From: Gammaproteobacteria bacterium
GTDB lineage: Bacteria > Pseudomonadota > Gammaproteobacteria > Arenicellales > Arenicellaceae
NCBI GenBank assembly: GCA_017854775.1
Contig: JAFMHC010000001.1
Span: forward strand, 3,095 to 67,094
Length of the DNA: 64,000 nucleotides
Direction of reading: 5' to 3'
Part shown: in pieces, positions 1 through 9,175 of the stretch
Layout: the number at the start of each line of letters is the position of its first letter
How positions within the stretch are numbered: the first letter of the stretch is position 1
Translations under genes and position numbers: made by a program
The notes under the pieces: model-generated
What the model saw: only the letters and a program-made list of their open reading frames with translations
The model's database searches: none
Told to the model about the DNA's origin: nothing

Positions 1-38
1 GGCCCGTCCAAGCGAACGTAAGCTTTGAACCTTATAGT
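1..38 (-). repeat. attC-like site, left part only (cut by window edge)
   Basis: Minus strand reads CTATAAG, which contains the stop codon of ORF 32-319, then CGTTCGCTTGGACG. That matches CGTTCGATTGGACG in the site at 678-749 at 13/14 positions. Confidence 0.6.
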
Positions 39-319
39 TCGATTGCCTTTCGGTCTTTGCCAACGATATATTGCTTTTCATTTTTAAAGTCTATTACCCT
101 AGCGATTTCATTTAAATTCTGATCTTGAATTTCTAAATTACCTAAATAGTAGTTCAAATCTGACTTGTTAAAAAAGGTTTTGGCTACTAATTTAGGTTTT
201 TCTAAGTCGTTTCTTATTACAGCTATGTGAGAAGCTGCATGTCGATAAAAACCGGCTGGAATTTCCACGGAATTTACTTTGCAGTATGCTTCTATTAGCT
301 CTGTGTATTTACTTGCCAT
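32..319 (-). CDS. hypothetical protein, probable integron gene cassette
   Basis: 95-aa ORF. ATG lies just after a GTTATAG core site and the stop codon overlaps the next inverse-core-like sequence. Confidence 0.7.
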   Translation of the reverse strand: MASKYTELIEAYCKVNSVEIPAGFYRHAASHIAVIRNDLEKPKLVAKTFFNKSDLNYYLGNLEIQDQNLNEIARVIDFKNEKQYIVGKDRKAIEL

Positions 320-330
320 AGATCTCAGTA

Positions 331-396
331 GCTATAACGCCCGACAAACAGGCGATGCACTGATACCACGTTGGTGGACACTTTCATGCATATAGC
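331..396 (-). repeat. degenerate attC-like site
   Basis: Minus strand ends CCTGTTTGTCGGGCGTTATAGC. Positions 334-354 match 680-700 at 18/21. The left end reads GCTATATGC instead of a canonical inverse core. Confidence 0.6.
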
Positions 397-671
397 CCGA
401 CGATAGAAAAAAGCACACCAATTGGCGCTAAAAATAGAGGAATGGTGACAAATGCCAGCTTGTCCGACTTGACTAAAGAGTAACGCTGGGGGAATAGTTT
501 GCACAATGAATAAAGGAGATTAGCCAATAATAAGCAGCCAATGACTAAATTACCTATGCGCGCGGGATCAAAACTAGCAACAATGAAAAATGGACTAAAT
601 AATGCTCCGAGATACATTAAAAATGCGTTTACCGCTCTGATACACGATGTCTCAAATGCTCTAATAGTCAT
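384..671 (-). CDS. small membrane protein, probable integron gene cassette
   Basis: 95 aa with three hydrophobic stretches; ATG 7 nt after a GTTATAT core site. Confidence 0.7.
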   Translation of the reverse strand: MTIRAFETSCIRAVNAFLMYLGALFSPFFIVASFDPARIGNLVIGCLLLANLLYSLCKLFPQRYSLVKSDKLAFVTIPLFLAPIGVLFSIVGLYA

Positions 672-677
672 GGATTC

Positions 678-749
678 ATATAACGCTCTACAAACGGGCG
701 CGTTAAAAACGCGTCCAATCGAACGCAGTGAGTGTTAGTTTTGTTACTT
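678..749 (-). repeat. attC-like recombination site
   Basis: Minus strand: AAGTAAC (overlaps the stop codon)...CTCACTGCGTTCGATTGGACGCG TTTTTAA CGCGCCCGTTTGTAGAGCGTTATAT. It has an inverse core, an internal hairpin and a GTT core. Confidence 0.7.
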
Positions 750-1160
750 ATTATTGAGTTCACTGGAAGACATTAAATCAACTATATGTCTGTTGAAATT
801 TTTCACATAATTAGTAGCCTCAACGGCAAGTTCAGAGTCAGGGTCTAGCCCATCAGTTCCGAAGAATATTATTTGCCGAAACTTGTGCTTCATAAGAAAT
901 TCATTTGAAACATCTGCACCTTTAATAGGACAATCTAATTTATCTCTTGAGAAACATAACAAGCCTATATGGTTATTTGCAACAGCTTTTAATGCGTCAG
1001 CTTTCGGATCCGCTGTTTCTAACCATTTCATTTGTGATCTTGCCGCGATTTCCTTTAATTCAGGGTCGTCTAACGATTCAGAATGCTTTGCGGGCGTACT
1101 AGAACAACCTGAGACAGAAAGTAAAAGGAGTGTGCCTAGAATGATATGTGTAGCTTTCAT
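744..1160 (-). CDS. lipoprotein of unknown function, probable first cassette
   Basis: Preferred start MKATHIILGTLLLLSVSGC gives a lipobox and has GAGG upstream. The ORF track start at 1208 is probably too long. Confidence 0.7.
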   Translation of the reverse strand: MKATHIILGTLLLLSVSGCSSTPAKHSESLDDPELKEIAARSQMKWLETADPKADALKAVANNHIGLLCFSRDKLDCPIKGADVSNEFLMKHKFRQIIFFGTDGLDPDSELAVEATNYVKNFNRHIVDLMSSSELNNK

Positions 1161-1375
1161 ATTTACCTCAATTACGCCCAATACAGTGCGTGCGTGTGAA
1201 GCCATCATTTAATTTAAGTATTTTAAAATTCATTTTTGAGAGCTCTTTATTGAGCTGAATTAAGCAATAAAGCGACTAGAGTTATGAGGCCATACATCAG
1301 TATAGCCCCAACCTTCCATTATTTTTATTCATATAATACAGCGCGAACTCAGCGGCATATCGGTGACTACTTTAA

Positions 1376-2707
1376 TCACGAAGCCGATTTTTTACCGATC
1401 AACGACAAGCCGATTACACCGGCAATTGGCAGCAATATTGCCAACCAGTTAAGCCCATAGGCGCCCTTTCCTGCGACTCCAACACCGGCCATAATTGCTA
1501 GGCCACCGCACATGCCAAGGCCAAAAATAATGACTGCTAGGCTGGTGTTGTGCTTGCTGCTGCCGCCCCCAATTTTTCGCTCTAACCACATGAATAGAGG
1601 TAGCGATATCATCATGATTGTGAAGTAGACTAAAATCCAAACTGGCCGATAAGCCCACCAAAGCCCGCTGCCGGGTTGCACTGACAAAACTACCGGTAGT
1701 AGCCAAAAGCAAAAGCCGATGGTTAGAATCATGACCGTGCTATGCCAAAGGAATATCGGCATTATAAAACCGTTAATCAACACCGTCGCGGTCCATACTT
1801 TGGCATTCGATAGCCAGCGTCTGGCTGGGCCCTCAAGTGCTAGAAGCAAACCGATTTGAGTCAAGCCTAGCGCTATAAGCGGCAATTTAGGGGGTGTCGT
1901 ATTACTGAAATCGGCACCTGGCACCCCAATCAAACTTATCGGATATGGCCCAAATAGTGTCAGTAATACAAGAAATGAACCTGCCAAAATCGCTAAGCAC
2001 AGGGAAGGCCCTAGGCCTCTAAAGCGACCTTGCTGCCAGGCATACCCTAGTTGATGAACCGCGCCCCAAATGAAGAAATAATTGAACCAGCCATACCATT
2101 TGTACTCAGTATTGAAATAGATGATATCGCCGATTACCGCCATCGCAAACGGTAATATCACGCTAAGCAAACCAAGCTTGCGCCACAGCGCGCGGGTTAC
2201 CGGCACGAACATCACAATCACAAAGTAAATTGCTAGGAACCAGGTTGGCACTAGCGATATTTGTGACCCTACTTGGATCATCTTCTCTGACAAACCTAAG
2301 TAGTAGCCAGCTATGCCCAATACCGCCCATAGTAAAACTAAGGGTATCGCAGGGCCGAGCAAACGCCGTAAACGAGATTCAAGCCAGAACGAATAACGTA
2401 ACCCTTTCGCTTGCGCGCCATCCCATGAAACACCATTAGAGTAACCACCAACAAAGAAGAAAACCGGCATTACCTGAAATAACCACGTTAACCATTGCGC
2501 CGACGGTTGAATTTGCAATAAGTGGTCCATGCTGGCAATACCCCCCATAAACGCAGGTGCGGCAATAAGCCAGTGACCCATTACCACAGCGCTAATCGAC
2601 AGAGCTCTAAGCAGGTCAACATAGCGGTTACGATCAGCCGGTGTTTGCGCAGCAACCTCGGCGGCTCTGGCCCACATGCCTTTTTTTTTATTTGAGTTTT
2701 TTTGCAT
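1376..2707 (-). CDS. acyltransferase family 3 membrane protein
   Basis: RNRYVDLLRALSISAVVMGHW and VMPVFFFVGGY motifs; about 11 hydrophobic segments. Confidence 0.85.
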   Translation of the reverse strand: MQKNSNKKKGMWARAAEVAAQTPADRNRYVDLLRALSISAVVMGHWLIAAPAFMGGIASMDHLLQIQPSAQWLTWLFQVMPVFFFVGGYSNGVSWDGAQAKGLRYSFWLESRLRRLLGPAIPLVLLWAVLGIAGYYLGLSEKMIQVGSQISLVPTWFLAIYFVIVMFVPVTRALWRKLGLLSVILPFAMAVIGDIIYFNTEYKWYGWFNYFFIWGAVHQLGYAWQQGRFRGLGPSLCLAILAGSFLVLLTLFGPYPISLIGVPGADFSNTTPPKLPLIALGLTQIGLLLALEGPARRWLSNAKVWTATVLINGFIMPIFLWHSTVMILTIGFCFWLLPVVLSVQPGSGLWWAYRPVWILVYFTIMMISLPLFMWLERKIGGGSSKHNTSLAVIIFGLGMCGGLAIMAGVGVAGKGAYGLNWLAILLPIAGVIGLSLIGKKSAS

Positions 2708-2732
2708 AAGAGTTTTTATTATTTAGCTGTCT

Positions 2733-3494
2733 TCATGTTAGCTTTGATTTTGTTACTTTTTGATCTCGTTCTAAGTCACTAAAAGCACTCAAATGCCAGT
2801 TGCGAATCGCTAAGATCATAGTAACGCCGTGTCGTTCGCTAATCGGGATCTTTCGCTCTTGCTCTGACAACTCATCGAATAATGAGTCAATCATTTTTAA
2901 GCGGTTGCGCAAGTCTGCTTGGCCTTTGCTGGTTAACACCCCATTCTTAACGACGCGCAAAGCTCCGCTTTCTTCGAACGAAGTATTAAAAAATTCAGTT
3001 TGAATTGTCGACCGAAAATATTTTTCAATTGGGCCATTTGGGTTCCAAGAAAAATTATTTGCCATAAGTAGACGAACTCGGTTATTCGGCTGCAACTCGA
3101 TGAGTCTCATCTTATCTAAGCGAGCGAGTAAGGTAATGATTTCGGTATCGCCAATATCATAACGCATCACAATCTCCTCAACCTTCCAATGGTTGACCAA
3201 ACAATAGGCAACTACCAATAGCTTCGGATCTTCGATTAAGGCTTGCTCTTGCTCAAGACTGATTGAGGTGACTCTATCTTCCAAAGACTCAGACACTTCC
3301 AGCAAGGCATTTATGTCGACCTTAAGAAGCTCACAAATCGCGTCTAAACGATTCAAACTGAAGTTGCTATTGGCGAACATCTGCTTAACGGTCGATTCCG
3401 AAACATCCAGTTTTTCGGCTAAAGCACGATAGGTAAAGCCTTGTTGTTTAAGCGTAACCTTGATCGCATCAACGATTTGCTTTGATCTTGCCAT
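2733..3494 (-). CDS. XRE/Cro-type HTH transcriptional regulator with large C-terminal domain
   Basis: N-terminal LKQQGFTYRALAEKLDVSESTVKQMF helix-turn-helix; divergent from pspA. Confidence 0.85.
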   Translation of the reverse strand: MARSKQIVDAIKVTLKQQGFTYRALAEKLDVSESTVKQMFANSNFSLNRLDAICELLKVDINALLEVSESLEDRVTSISLEQEQALIEDPKLLVVAYCLVNHWKVEEIVMRYDIGDTEIITLLARLDKMRLIELQPNNRVRLLMANNFSWNPNGPIEKYFRSTIQTEFFNTSFEESGALRVVKNGVLTSKGQADLRNRLKMIDSLFDELSEQERKIPISERHGVTMILAIRNWHLSAFSDLERDQKVTKSKLT

Positions 3495-3639
3495 ATTGTA
3501 ACTAAATCCGGTTAAGTATTAAAATATTGAACTAAACGTCCATTTCACCGCTACTTTCGAATATTTAGTTGCTCATGTCAACACCACACTTCACGATGGC
3601 CTAAGTCCTAATCAACTAATGTACACCTATGAGGCAATT

Positions 3640-4302
3640 ATGAAATTGATCAAACGACTAACTACTTCGATAACCGCGACCTTAGATTCAGCGGTTGGAC
3701 AACTTGAAAACCACGACGCCATCGTCGAGGCGAGCATTAAACAGACCCGCCAAGCGGTCGCCAAAACACGGGCGCGCATCAACACCTTGCGGCAACAGCA
3801 TCAAGCTTATCAGGCTCAGCTTAGAGAAGCCAAAGAACAATTTGACCTGTGGACAAAGCGCGCCGCAGATCTGGCCACAAACGATCAACAAAAAGCGTTG
3901 CAGTGCGTCGCTCGGCGAAATCAATGCGAGGCCGATATAGGTCGCTTGAGTTACTCCGAAAAACAGCAAGCTGATTTGATTCGAGACGTTACCGCTAACC
4001 TGCAAACCTTGCAAACAAAGCTAGATGAGATGACGCAAAAGCATAATCTGATGCGCTCACGACAAACCGTCGCCGACGTCAATCGAGCGGTCGCCTATGC
4101 CAATACGGATGACAATCTGAACGATACCTTTGAACGCTGGGAGTCGGCCGTGTTAGAGCATGAGTTTGCAGTCAGCGACGCCTGCTCGCGCGATAGTTTA
4201 GATCTAGAGTTAACCCGTGCCGAAGATGAGGCCGACCTATTGGCTCAACTAGCGATAATTACTGAAGACTCACAACAACAATCGGAGAAGACTAATGAAT
4301 AA
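3640..4302 (+). CDS. pspA: PspA/IM30 (ESCRT-III superfamily) protein
   Basis: Coiled-coil with ENHDAIVEASIKQ and QKALQCVARR segments typical of PspA; GAGG ribosome-binding site before the ATG at 3640. Confidence 0.8.
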   Translation: MKLIKRLTTSITATLDSAVGQLENHDAIVEASIKQTRQAVAKTRARINTLRQQHQAYQAQLREAKEQFDLWTKRAADLATNDQQKALQCVARRNQCEADIGRLSYSEKQQADLIRDVTANLQTLQTKLDEMTQKHNLMRSRQTVADVNRAVAYANTDDNLNDTFERWESAVLEHEFAVSDACSRDSLDLELTRAEDEADLLAQLAIITEDSQQQSEKTNE

Positions 4303-5698
4303 CGCACAAATTACCTCTGATACGGCATTTTCTGAAACCAACATGACGGGGCCAGAACGACACGGTGACTTACAAGAGTCACCGCGAGATAGAGAGTCGC
4401 TATTTTCGCGCTTAGAGAAAATAGCCTCACTATCGCAAGTAGTCCGCGGTTTCGGTGCTTGCGCAATTATCGCTTCAATGTCTTTGTTTATGTTGCAAGG
4501 TTGGGCTGAAGGCAATGACATCACACGCTATCTAAAGCTACTTGCACAGACCGGCTTATTAACCGGGGCGGGCTTAGTGCTAAGTTTCCTAATTAAGGAA
4601 TTCAAAGGTGCACGCGTATTCTTTGGCTTGGCGTTGATATCAGTGGTCGCCAACTTCACCATTCTCGGGTCGCTTACTTACTCGATGTTTGCGATGGATA
4701 TGCAATTAGTCAGCTATCCAGAGTCGATGAAGTGGGAGGTTACCCAGACGGCCTTATTCATGCCGGTATTCTTAGGTGCTTTGTCGCTATTGTCGGCGGT
4801 TGCTTACTTTGGTTTTAGTATCTTCTCACGTCAAATCGCCAAGCCCCTTAGTATCGGGTTTTTGGGTTTGTCAGCATTACTGCTTGTGCCTGTGCGTGCG
4901 CCGCTAGTTGCCGTAGGCCTTGCGGCTGTCGCACTTTGGGGAGCATTATTTCTAATACGGCGCTTAAGCAAGCCAAAAACCGTTACAGGAGAGGTCGCTG
5001 GGAGCACGTCAAGAGCACTATTGATGACCAAAGAAACCAAAGCATCGTTAGGCATCTTACTGCTGCCAGGCCTAATCATTCTTGCTCGTGCCGTTAGTTT
5101 TTATAATATTGACGATGCTACGCTATTAGCCTTCGCCAGCTTACTATTTTTTAGCGTCAGAAGTGTGGGCAGCTTGATTAGCGGTAACGCTATATTAAAG
5201 CGCTTAGTTGAGATGTTTCAATTAGCGACCGCGGGCTTTATTGCGATTATGACAACTCAGGCATTGCCTCTGGGATGGAATAGTATCGATGTGTTTATCG
5301 GTGCAACGCTCTTTCTCGGTTTCGCCTATGAGCAATTGCGCAGCGACAGCGATAATTGGTGGAAGACGCTAGTCGTCAATGTAACCACTATTGCCGTGGT
5401 GCCAATCGCGTTGATCAATGCCAGCCTTGACTATGAGCTTATCTATTCGCTACAAGCCTTACTTATCTGTGGTTTTGCATTTGCGTTGACGCTTAGCGCT
5501 GGCACGTCTATCGGCAAAATGCCCTTCAGCCGGTTAATCGCGATGCTCGGCATTATTACCGCAAGCTTAATTGTGTTGTTTGATCTAGTTCAGCTTGCTC
5601 AGTTAGGTAATTGGATGATTATTGGCTTGAGTGGCGCGATATTAATTGTTGGCGCATCACTGTATGAGCGTTTTGGTCTAAAACTACTCGCGAATTAA
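4295..5698 (+). CDS. polytopic membrane protein of unknown function
   Basis: 467 aa with about 12-14 hydrophobic segments; overlaps the pspA stop codon by 8 bp. Confidence 0.8.
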   Translation: MNNAQITSDTAFSETNMTGPERHGDLQESPRDRESLFSRLEKIASLSQVVRGFGACAIIASMSLFMLQGWAEGNDITRYLKLLAQTGLLTGAGLVLSFLIKEFKGARVFFGLALISVVANFTILGSLTYSMFAMDMQLVSYPESMKWEVTQTALFMPVFLGALSLLSAVAYFGFSIFSRQIAKPLSIGFLGLSALLLVPVRAPLVAVGLAAVALWGALFLIRRLSKPKTVTGEVAGSTSRALLMTKETKASLGILLLPGLIILARAVSFYNIDDATLLAFASLLFFSVRSVGSLISGNAILKRLVEMFQLATAGFIAIMTTQALPLGWNSIDVFIGATLFLGFAYEQLRSDSDNWWKTLVVNVTTIAVVPIALINASLDYELIYSLQALLICGFAFALTLSAGTSIGKMPFSRLIAMLGIITASLIVLFDLVQLAQLGNWMIIGLSGAILIVGASLYERFGLKLLAN

Positions 5699-5721
5699 TA
5701 CTAGCAGCAAGTAATTTTGAG

Positions 5722-5750
5722 GGCGGAGACTAATTCTCCGCCTTTTTTTT
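5722..5750 (+). terminator. rho-independent terminator
   Basis: GGCGGAGA-ctaat-TCTCCGCC followed by T8. Confidence 0.85.
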
Positions 5751-5769
5751 GCATTTATTTTGCTCGCGT

Positions 5770-5799
5770 GTAAACCTTTTGGCTCGCGACGCCATCTTA
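5770..5799 (+). promoter_or_regulatory. putative ECF sigma promoter (autoregulatory)
   Basis: GTAAACC-N16-CATCTTA directly upstream of the ECF gene; same layout as 35237-35266. Confidence 0.55.
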
Positions 5800-5824
5800 C
5801 TTCTAAACATAAGAGATTTTTGTC

Positions 5825-6370
5825 TTGCTTGAAGAAGAATCGCAACTAGTGCTGCGCAGTCAAAGCGGCGACCAGATTGCATACGAAAAGTTATACAGAG
5901 CCAATATAGGAAAAGTTTTTGCCCTATGTTTGCGGCTCTGTGGGCAGAAAGAATTGGCCGAAGACCTTGCTCAAGAGTCATTTATACGAGCATGGCAGAA
6001 AATCGGCAGTTTTCGCGGCGACAGCAAATTTAGTAGTTGGTTGTTTCGCCTTACTAGCAACGTGGTAATAGGCCACTTGCGCAAACACAGTAAATGGCAG
6101 GTTGATAGCTTAGACGAGGAAGACTCTTATGAGACAAGCGAATGGCAGCAAACACAAAGCGTCAATCGCCCCTTCGGCTTACACCAAGAGATTGATAAAG
6201 CCTTACGCTGCTTATCCGACACCGCACGCGTGGTACTAATAATGCACGAATACTTAGGCTATCAACATAACGAAATTTCCGATATCACCGGCATGGCCGT
6301 TGGTACCTCAAAGACTCATTTACACAGAGCAAGAAAAACCTTGAAGGCGCAGGCAGAGCAAGCAGCATGA
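5825..6370 (+). CDS. ECF RNA polymerase sigma factor
   Basis: Region 2 (AEDLAQESFIRAW...FSSWLFRL) and region 4 (EISDITGMAVGTSKTHLHRAR); TTG start. Confidence 0.92.
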   Translation: MLEEESQLVLRSQSGDQIAYEKLYRANIGKVFALCLRLCGQKELAEDLAQESFIRAWQKIGSFRGDSKFSSWLFRLTSNVVIGHLRKHSKWQVDSLDEEDSYETSEWQQTQSVNRPFGLHQEIDKALRCLSDTARVVLIMHEYLGYQHNEISDITGMAVGTSKTHLHRARKTLKAQAEQAA

Positions 6371-6984
6371 GCTATAAAAAAGACAGCATGAAGAATAAAC
6401 AACAAGGCGTCGACGACGATGTTAAATACTTAGATGAGGTTAAATACTTAGATGAACTTAATTGGGACATTCAACCAGATCGAGATCTATGGCCCGACGT
6501 GCACTCCAATATTCGCTTTGCTGGCAAACCGGAGTTGCTTGTTAAATCCAGCACTTTGCCAGCTCACAAAAGTGCCGTACAACGCCTCTGGATGCCGATG
6601 TCGATGGCCGCTTGTATGATGCTGGCGCTCGGTGCATTCGTGATGTCGAGCCTGTCGTTTCAACGAGCTCAAGACACCTACCAATTGCAGGCCAGCTACA
6701 TTGATTATCAAAAAAGCCAAATCAGCCTAATAGAGCAACAACACGCCCACGTTCGCGCACAATTCACCACCCTGCTTAGCGGCGAACTGGGAACCATAAA
6801 CCCAGCAACAGTGGCCGAAGTTCAAGCCGTGTTGCTGACCATAGACAGCGCATCACTGGAACTCAAAGAAGCCATTTTAGCGCAGCCGACTAACGCCAAT
6901 TATTCGTCAATGCTGGCGCACACATATCAACAAGAGTTAAACCTTCTGAACAAGTTTAAAACAGCAAATGGCATGTCCATTTAG
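6367..6984 (+). CDS. putative anti-sigma factor (single TM)
   Basis: 4-bp overlap with the sigma gene; PDRDLWP motif, one TM segment, helical C-terminus. Confidence 0.75.
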   Translation: MSYKKDSMKNKQQGVDDDVKYLDEVKYLDELNWDIQPDRDLWPDVHSNIRFAGKPELLVKSSTLPAHKSAVQRLWMPMSMAACMMLALGAFVMSSLSFQRAQDTYQLQASYIDYQKSQISLIEQQHAHVRAQFTTLLSGELGTINPATVAEVQAVLLTIDSASLELKEAILAQPTNANYSSMLAHTYQQELNLLNKFKTANGMSI

Positions 6985-6996
6985 CGAGGTAAAGTA

Positions 6997-7893
6997 ATGA
7001 AAAACACAATCAAATTAACGCTACTAACACTGATCCTTTCAGTATCGCTGGCGGCTCACGCGGATAAAATAGATCGCACTATTGACGTCGAAACTAATGG
7101 CCGAATTGACATCGAAATTATGGATGGAAAAATCGTTGTCGAAGGCTGGGATAAGCCACAAGTCAGAGTTGTTGGCGATGTGCCGATCAATGGTAATAAT
7201 TTCAAATTCGAGACTCGTGGCTCTGATACTAAAATTGAACATACCGGAGAACATGGTTTCTGGAATAAGCGAGGTGGCGGCGGCAGCTATGCTAACTTAA
7301 CCGTTTATGCTCCTCGCAATAGTAGCTTTCGAATAGACAGCACCTCAGCCGACTATGTATTGAGGGATATCAATGGGCAAGTGCGGGCTGACACCATGAG
7401 TGGCGATATCTCGCTCGAGGGAGGCGTTGGCAGTATTGACTTAGAGTCGGTAAGCGGAAATGTCACCGTTGCAGGATCTTCTGGCCGTCTCAACCTATCA
7501 TCGGTTAGCGGTAGCATTCGAGCCGATGGAGATGCCGAACAATTTGATGCACAGACGGTATCGGGCGACATTAACGCGCATATCGGCACCTCAAACCGAA
7601 TTAATTTGGCGTCGGTCTCAGGTGATATTAACCTTAGAGTTAACCTAAGCGAGAGAGCTCGGCTCGACGCCGACACGGTAAGCGGTGATATAGAGATTGA
7701 GTTCGGCTCGGCTCCTATTAACGCCTCATTCGAAATTGAAACTGGCCCTGGTGGCGACGTAACAAATTTGCTTTCAGATCATAAAGCCAAACAAAATTTC
7801 TCGTTCTCAGGATCAATGCGATTCAAGCTTGGTGACGGCGACAGCACAGTCAACTTAGAAACCATGAGTGGCACTATTAAATTAGATCGCTAA
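6997..7893 (+). CDS. DUF4097 (Toastrack) beta-repeat exported protein
   Basis: Signal peptide followed by repeated (T/S)VSGDI-type units. Confidence 0.88.
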   Translation: MKNTIKLTLLTLILSVSLAAHADKIDRTIDVETNGRIDIEIMDGKIVVEGWDKPQVRVVGDVPINGNNFKFETRGSDTKIEHTGEHGFWNKRGGGGSYANLTVYAPRNSSFRIDSTSADYVLRDINGQVRADTMSGDISLEGGVGSIDLESVSGNVTVAGSSGRLNLSSVSGSIRADGDAEQFDAQTVSGDINAHIGTSNRINLASVSGDINLRVNLSERARLDADTVSGDIEIEFGSAPINASFEIETGPGGDVTNLLSDHKAKQNFSFSGSMRFKLGDGDSTVNLETMSGTIKLDR

Positions 7894-7918
7894 GCCACAC
7901 TCTAATCCGAGCTCAGCA

Positions 7919-8851
7919 CTATGAATGGCGTCTGAATTCTAAGTCCGCAGGCCACGGTTTATGATCACATTGGTCGCAAACAATGTCGATCACCAAAGGC
8001 TTACCGCAATTTGAGTGTGTTAACGGGCCAGATTCGTTTGCGTAGTTAAGATTACCGGCTACCCATTGTCTTAAGGTCATCACGAACGGGAACAAATCTT
8101 TGCCCTTATCAGTCAAAATATAATTGTGTCGTGGTGGGTTCTGCTGGTACTCGACTTTTTCGAAAATATTATTGCTAACCAACTGCTTTAAACGCTCAGA
8201 CAGAACGCTTGGAGGGGTATTCAGTTGAGTTAAAAACGCGTCGTACCTTTGCACCCCCAAGAATGAGGCAATCAAAACTAATAATGTCCATCGGTCGCCA
8301 ATAAGTGACGCCAAGTTAGAGTTGCCATGATCGGCGTCAGAGGCATTCTTAACGCGCTTTCGATTTTGCGTATTGTAAGTGCGAATCTCTTCGAGCTGTG
8401 ACTCTAAGCGCTTACTTAGTTGGGACCAAGCAACGTCTTCGAATAATAAATTTTGTTTACACGCCCTGCATACCACTTTAGGCCGCATGAAAGCATTGCA
8501 ATGATGGTGAAAAAGCCCGTCCGATATATCAACATAACCGAAAGTCTTCCAATCATCCTCCCATTTTGCGGCCAGCAAGGAAGGGCCGAACAAACCTAAA
8601 CCCTTCTCGGTAAATTTGTACTCAAACCTGTTCACCGCGCTACTGTATGGGTGTTTATAAAAAATCTCGTGCTCGATCAAGGCATTTAATCGGCGCGTGA
8701 GGGTCGAGCGGCTAGCGCCCGTCGCTGATTGAAAAGCATCAAAGCGATTAACGCCATAAAACGCCGAGCGAAGAATAAGCAGGGTCCATCGATCTCCAAT
8801 AACATCCAGACCATCGGCTATAGCTTGATTAAGAATAAGTTGTTCAGACAT
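7919..8851 (-). CDS. tandem (double) HxlR-family winged-helix regulator
   Basis: Two copies of IGDRWTLL...RFDAF/RYDAF...Y..TEKG/TDKG. Confidence 0.9.
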   Translation of the reverse strand: MSEQLILNQAIADGLDVIGDRWTLLILRSAFYGVNRFDAFQSATGASRSTLTRRLNALIEHEIFYKHPYSSAVNRFEYKFTEKGLGLFGPSLLAAKWEDDWKTFGYVDISDGLFHHHCNAFMRPKVVCRACKQNLLFEDVAWSQLSKRLESQLEEIRTYNTQNRKRVKNASDADHGNSNLASLIGDRWTLLVLIASFLGVQRYDAFLTQLNTPPSVLSERLKQLVSNNIFEKVEYQQNPPRHNYILTDKGKDLFPFVMTLRQWVAGNLNYANESGPLTHSNCGKPLVIDIVCDQCDHKPWPADLEFRRHS

Positions 8852-9046
8852 AGCAACAGCTTAGCAAACGCCCATAAAGATGTCGCGCACAGACGCTACT
8901 TGGTAAAGCAATCAAGGTGAAAACTGAGAGTTCTTAAGGTGAAACACTTAGAAGACAGTCGTGAACGGTCTATAAAACAGCCATGAACCACATTTAAATT
9001 TATCGAATGACTAATAAAAGTTAATTAAATATTGACCACTATGATC

Positions 9047-9101
9047 TTGACGCATCGTCTAATTAGCTATTTAATTGCACATAAGTTTCATAGAAGTAGT
9101 T
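9047..9101 (+). promoter_or_regulatory. sigma70 promoter with putative operator
   Basis: TTGACG-N17-TTTAAT followed by AAGTTTCATAGAAGTAGTT at 9083-9101. Confidence 0.55.
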
Positions 9102-9175
9102 ACCTAATAAAAAAATAGTAGTCAAATAGGTAGCTAAATAAATTAGCCTAACATCAGCAAACCAAAGAGATCGCG

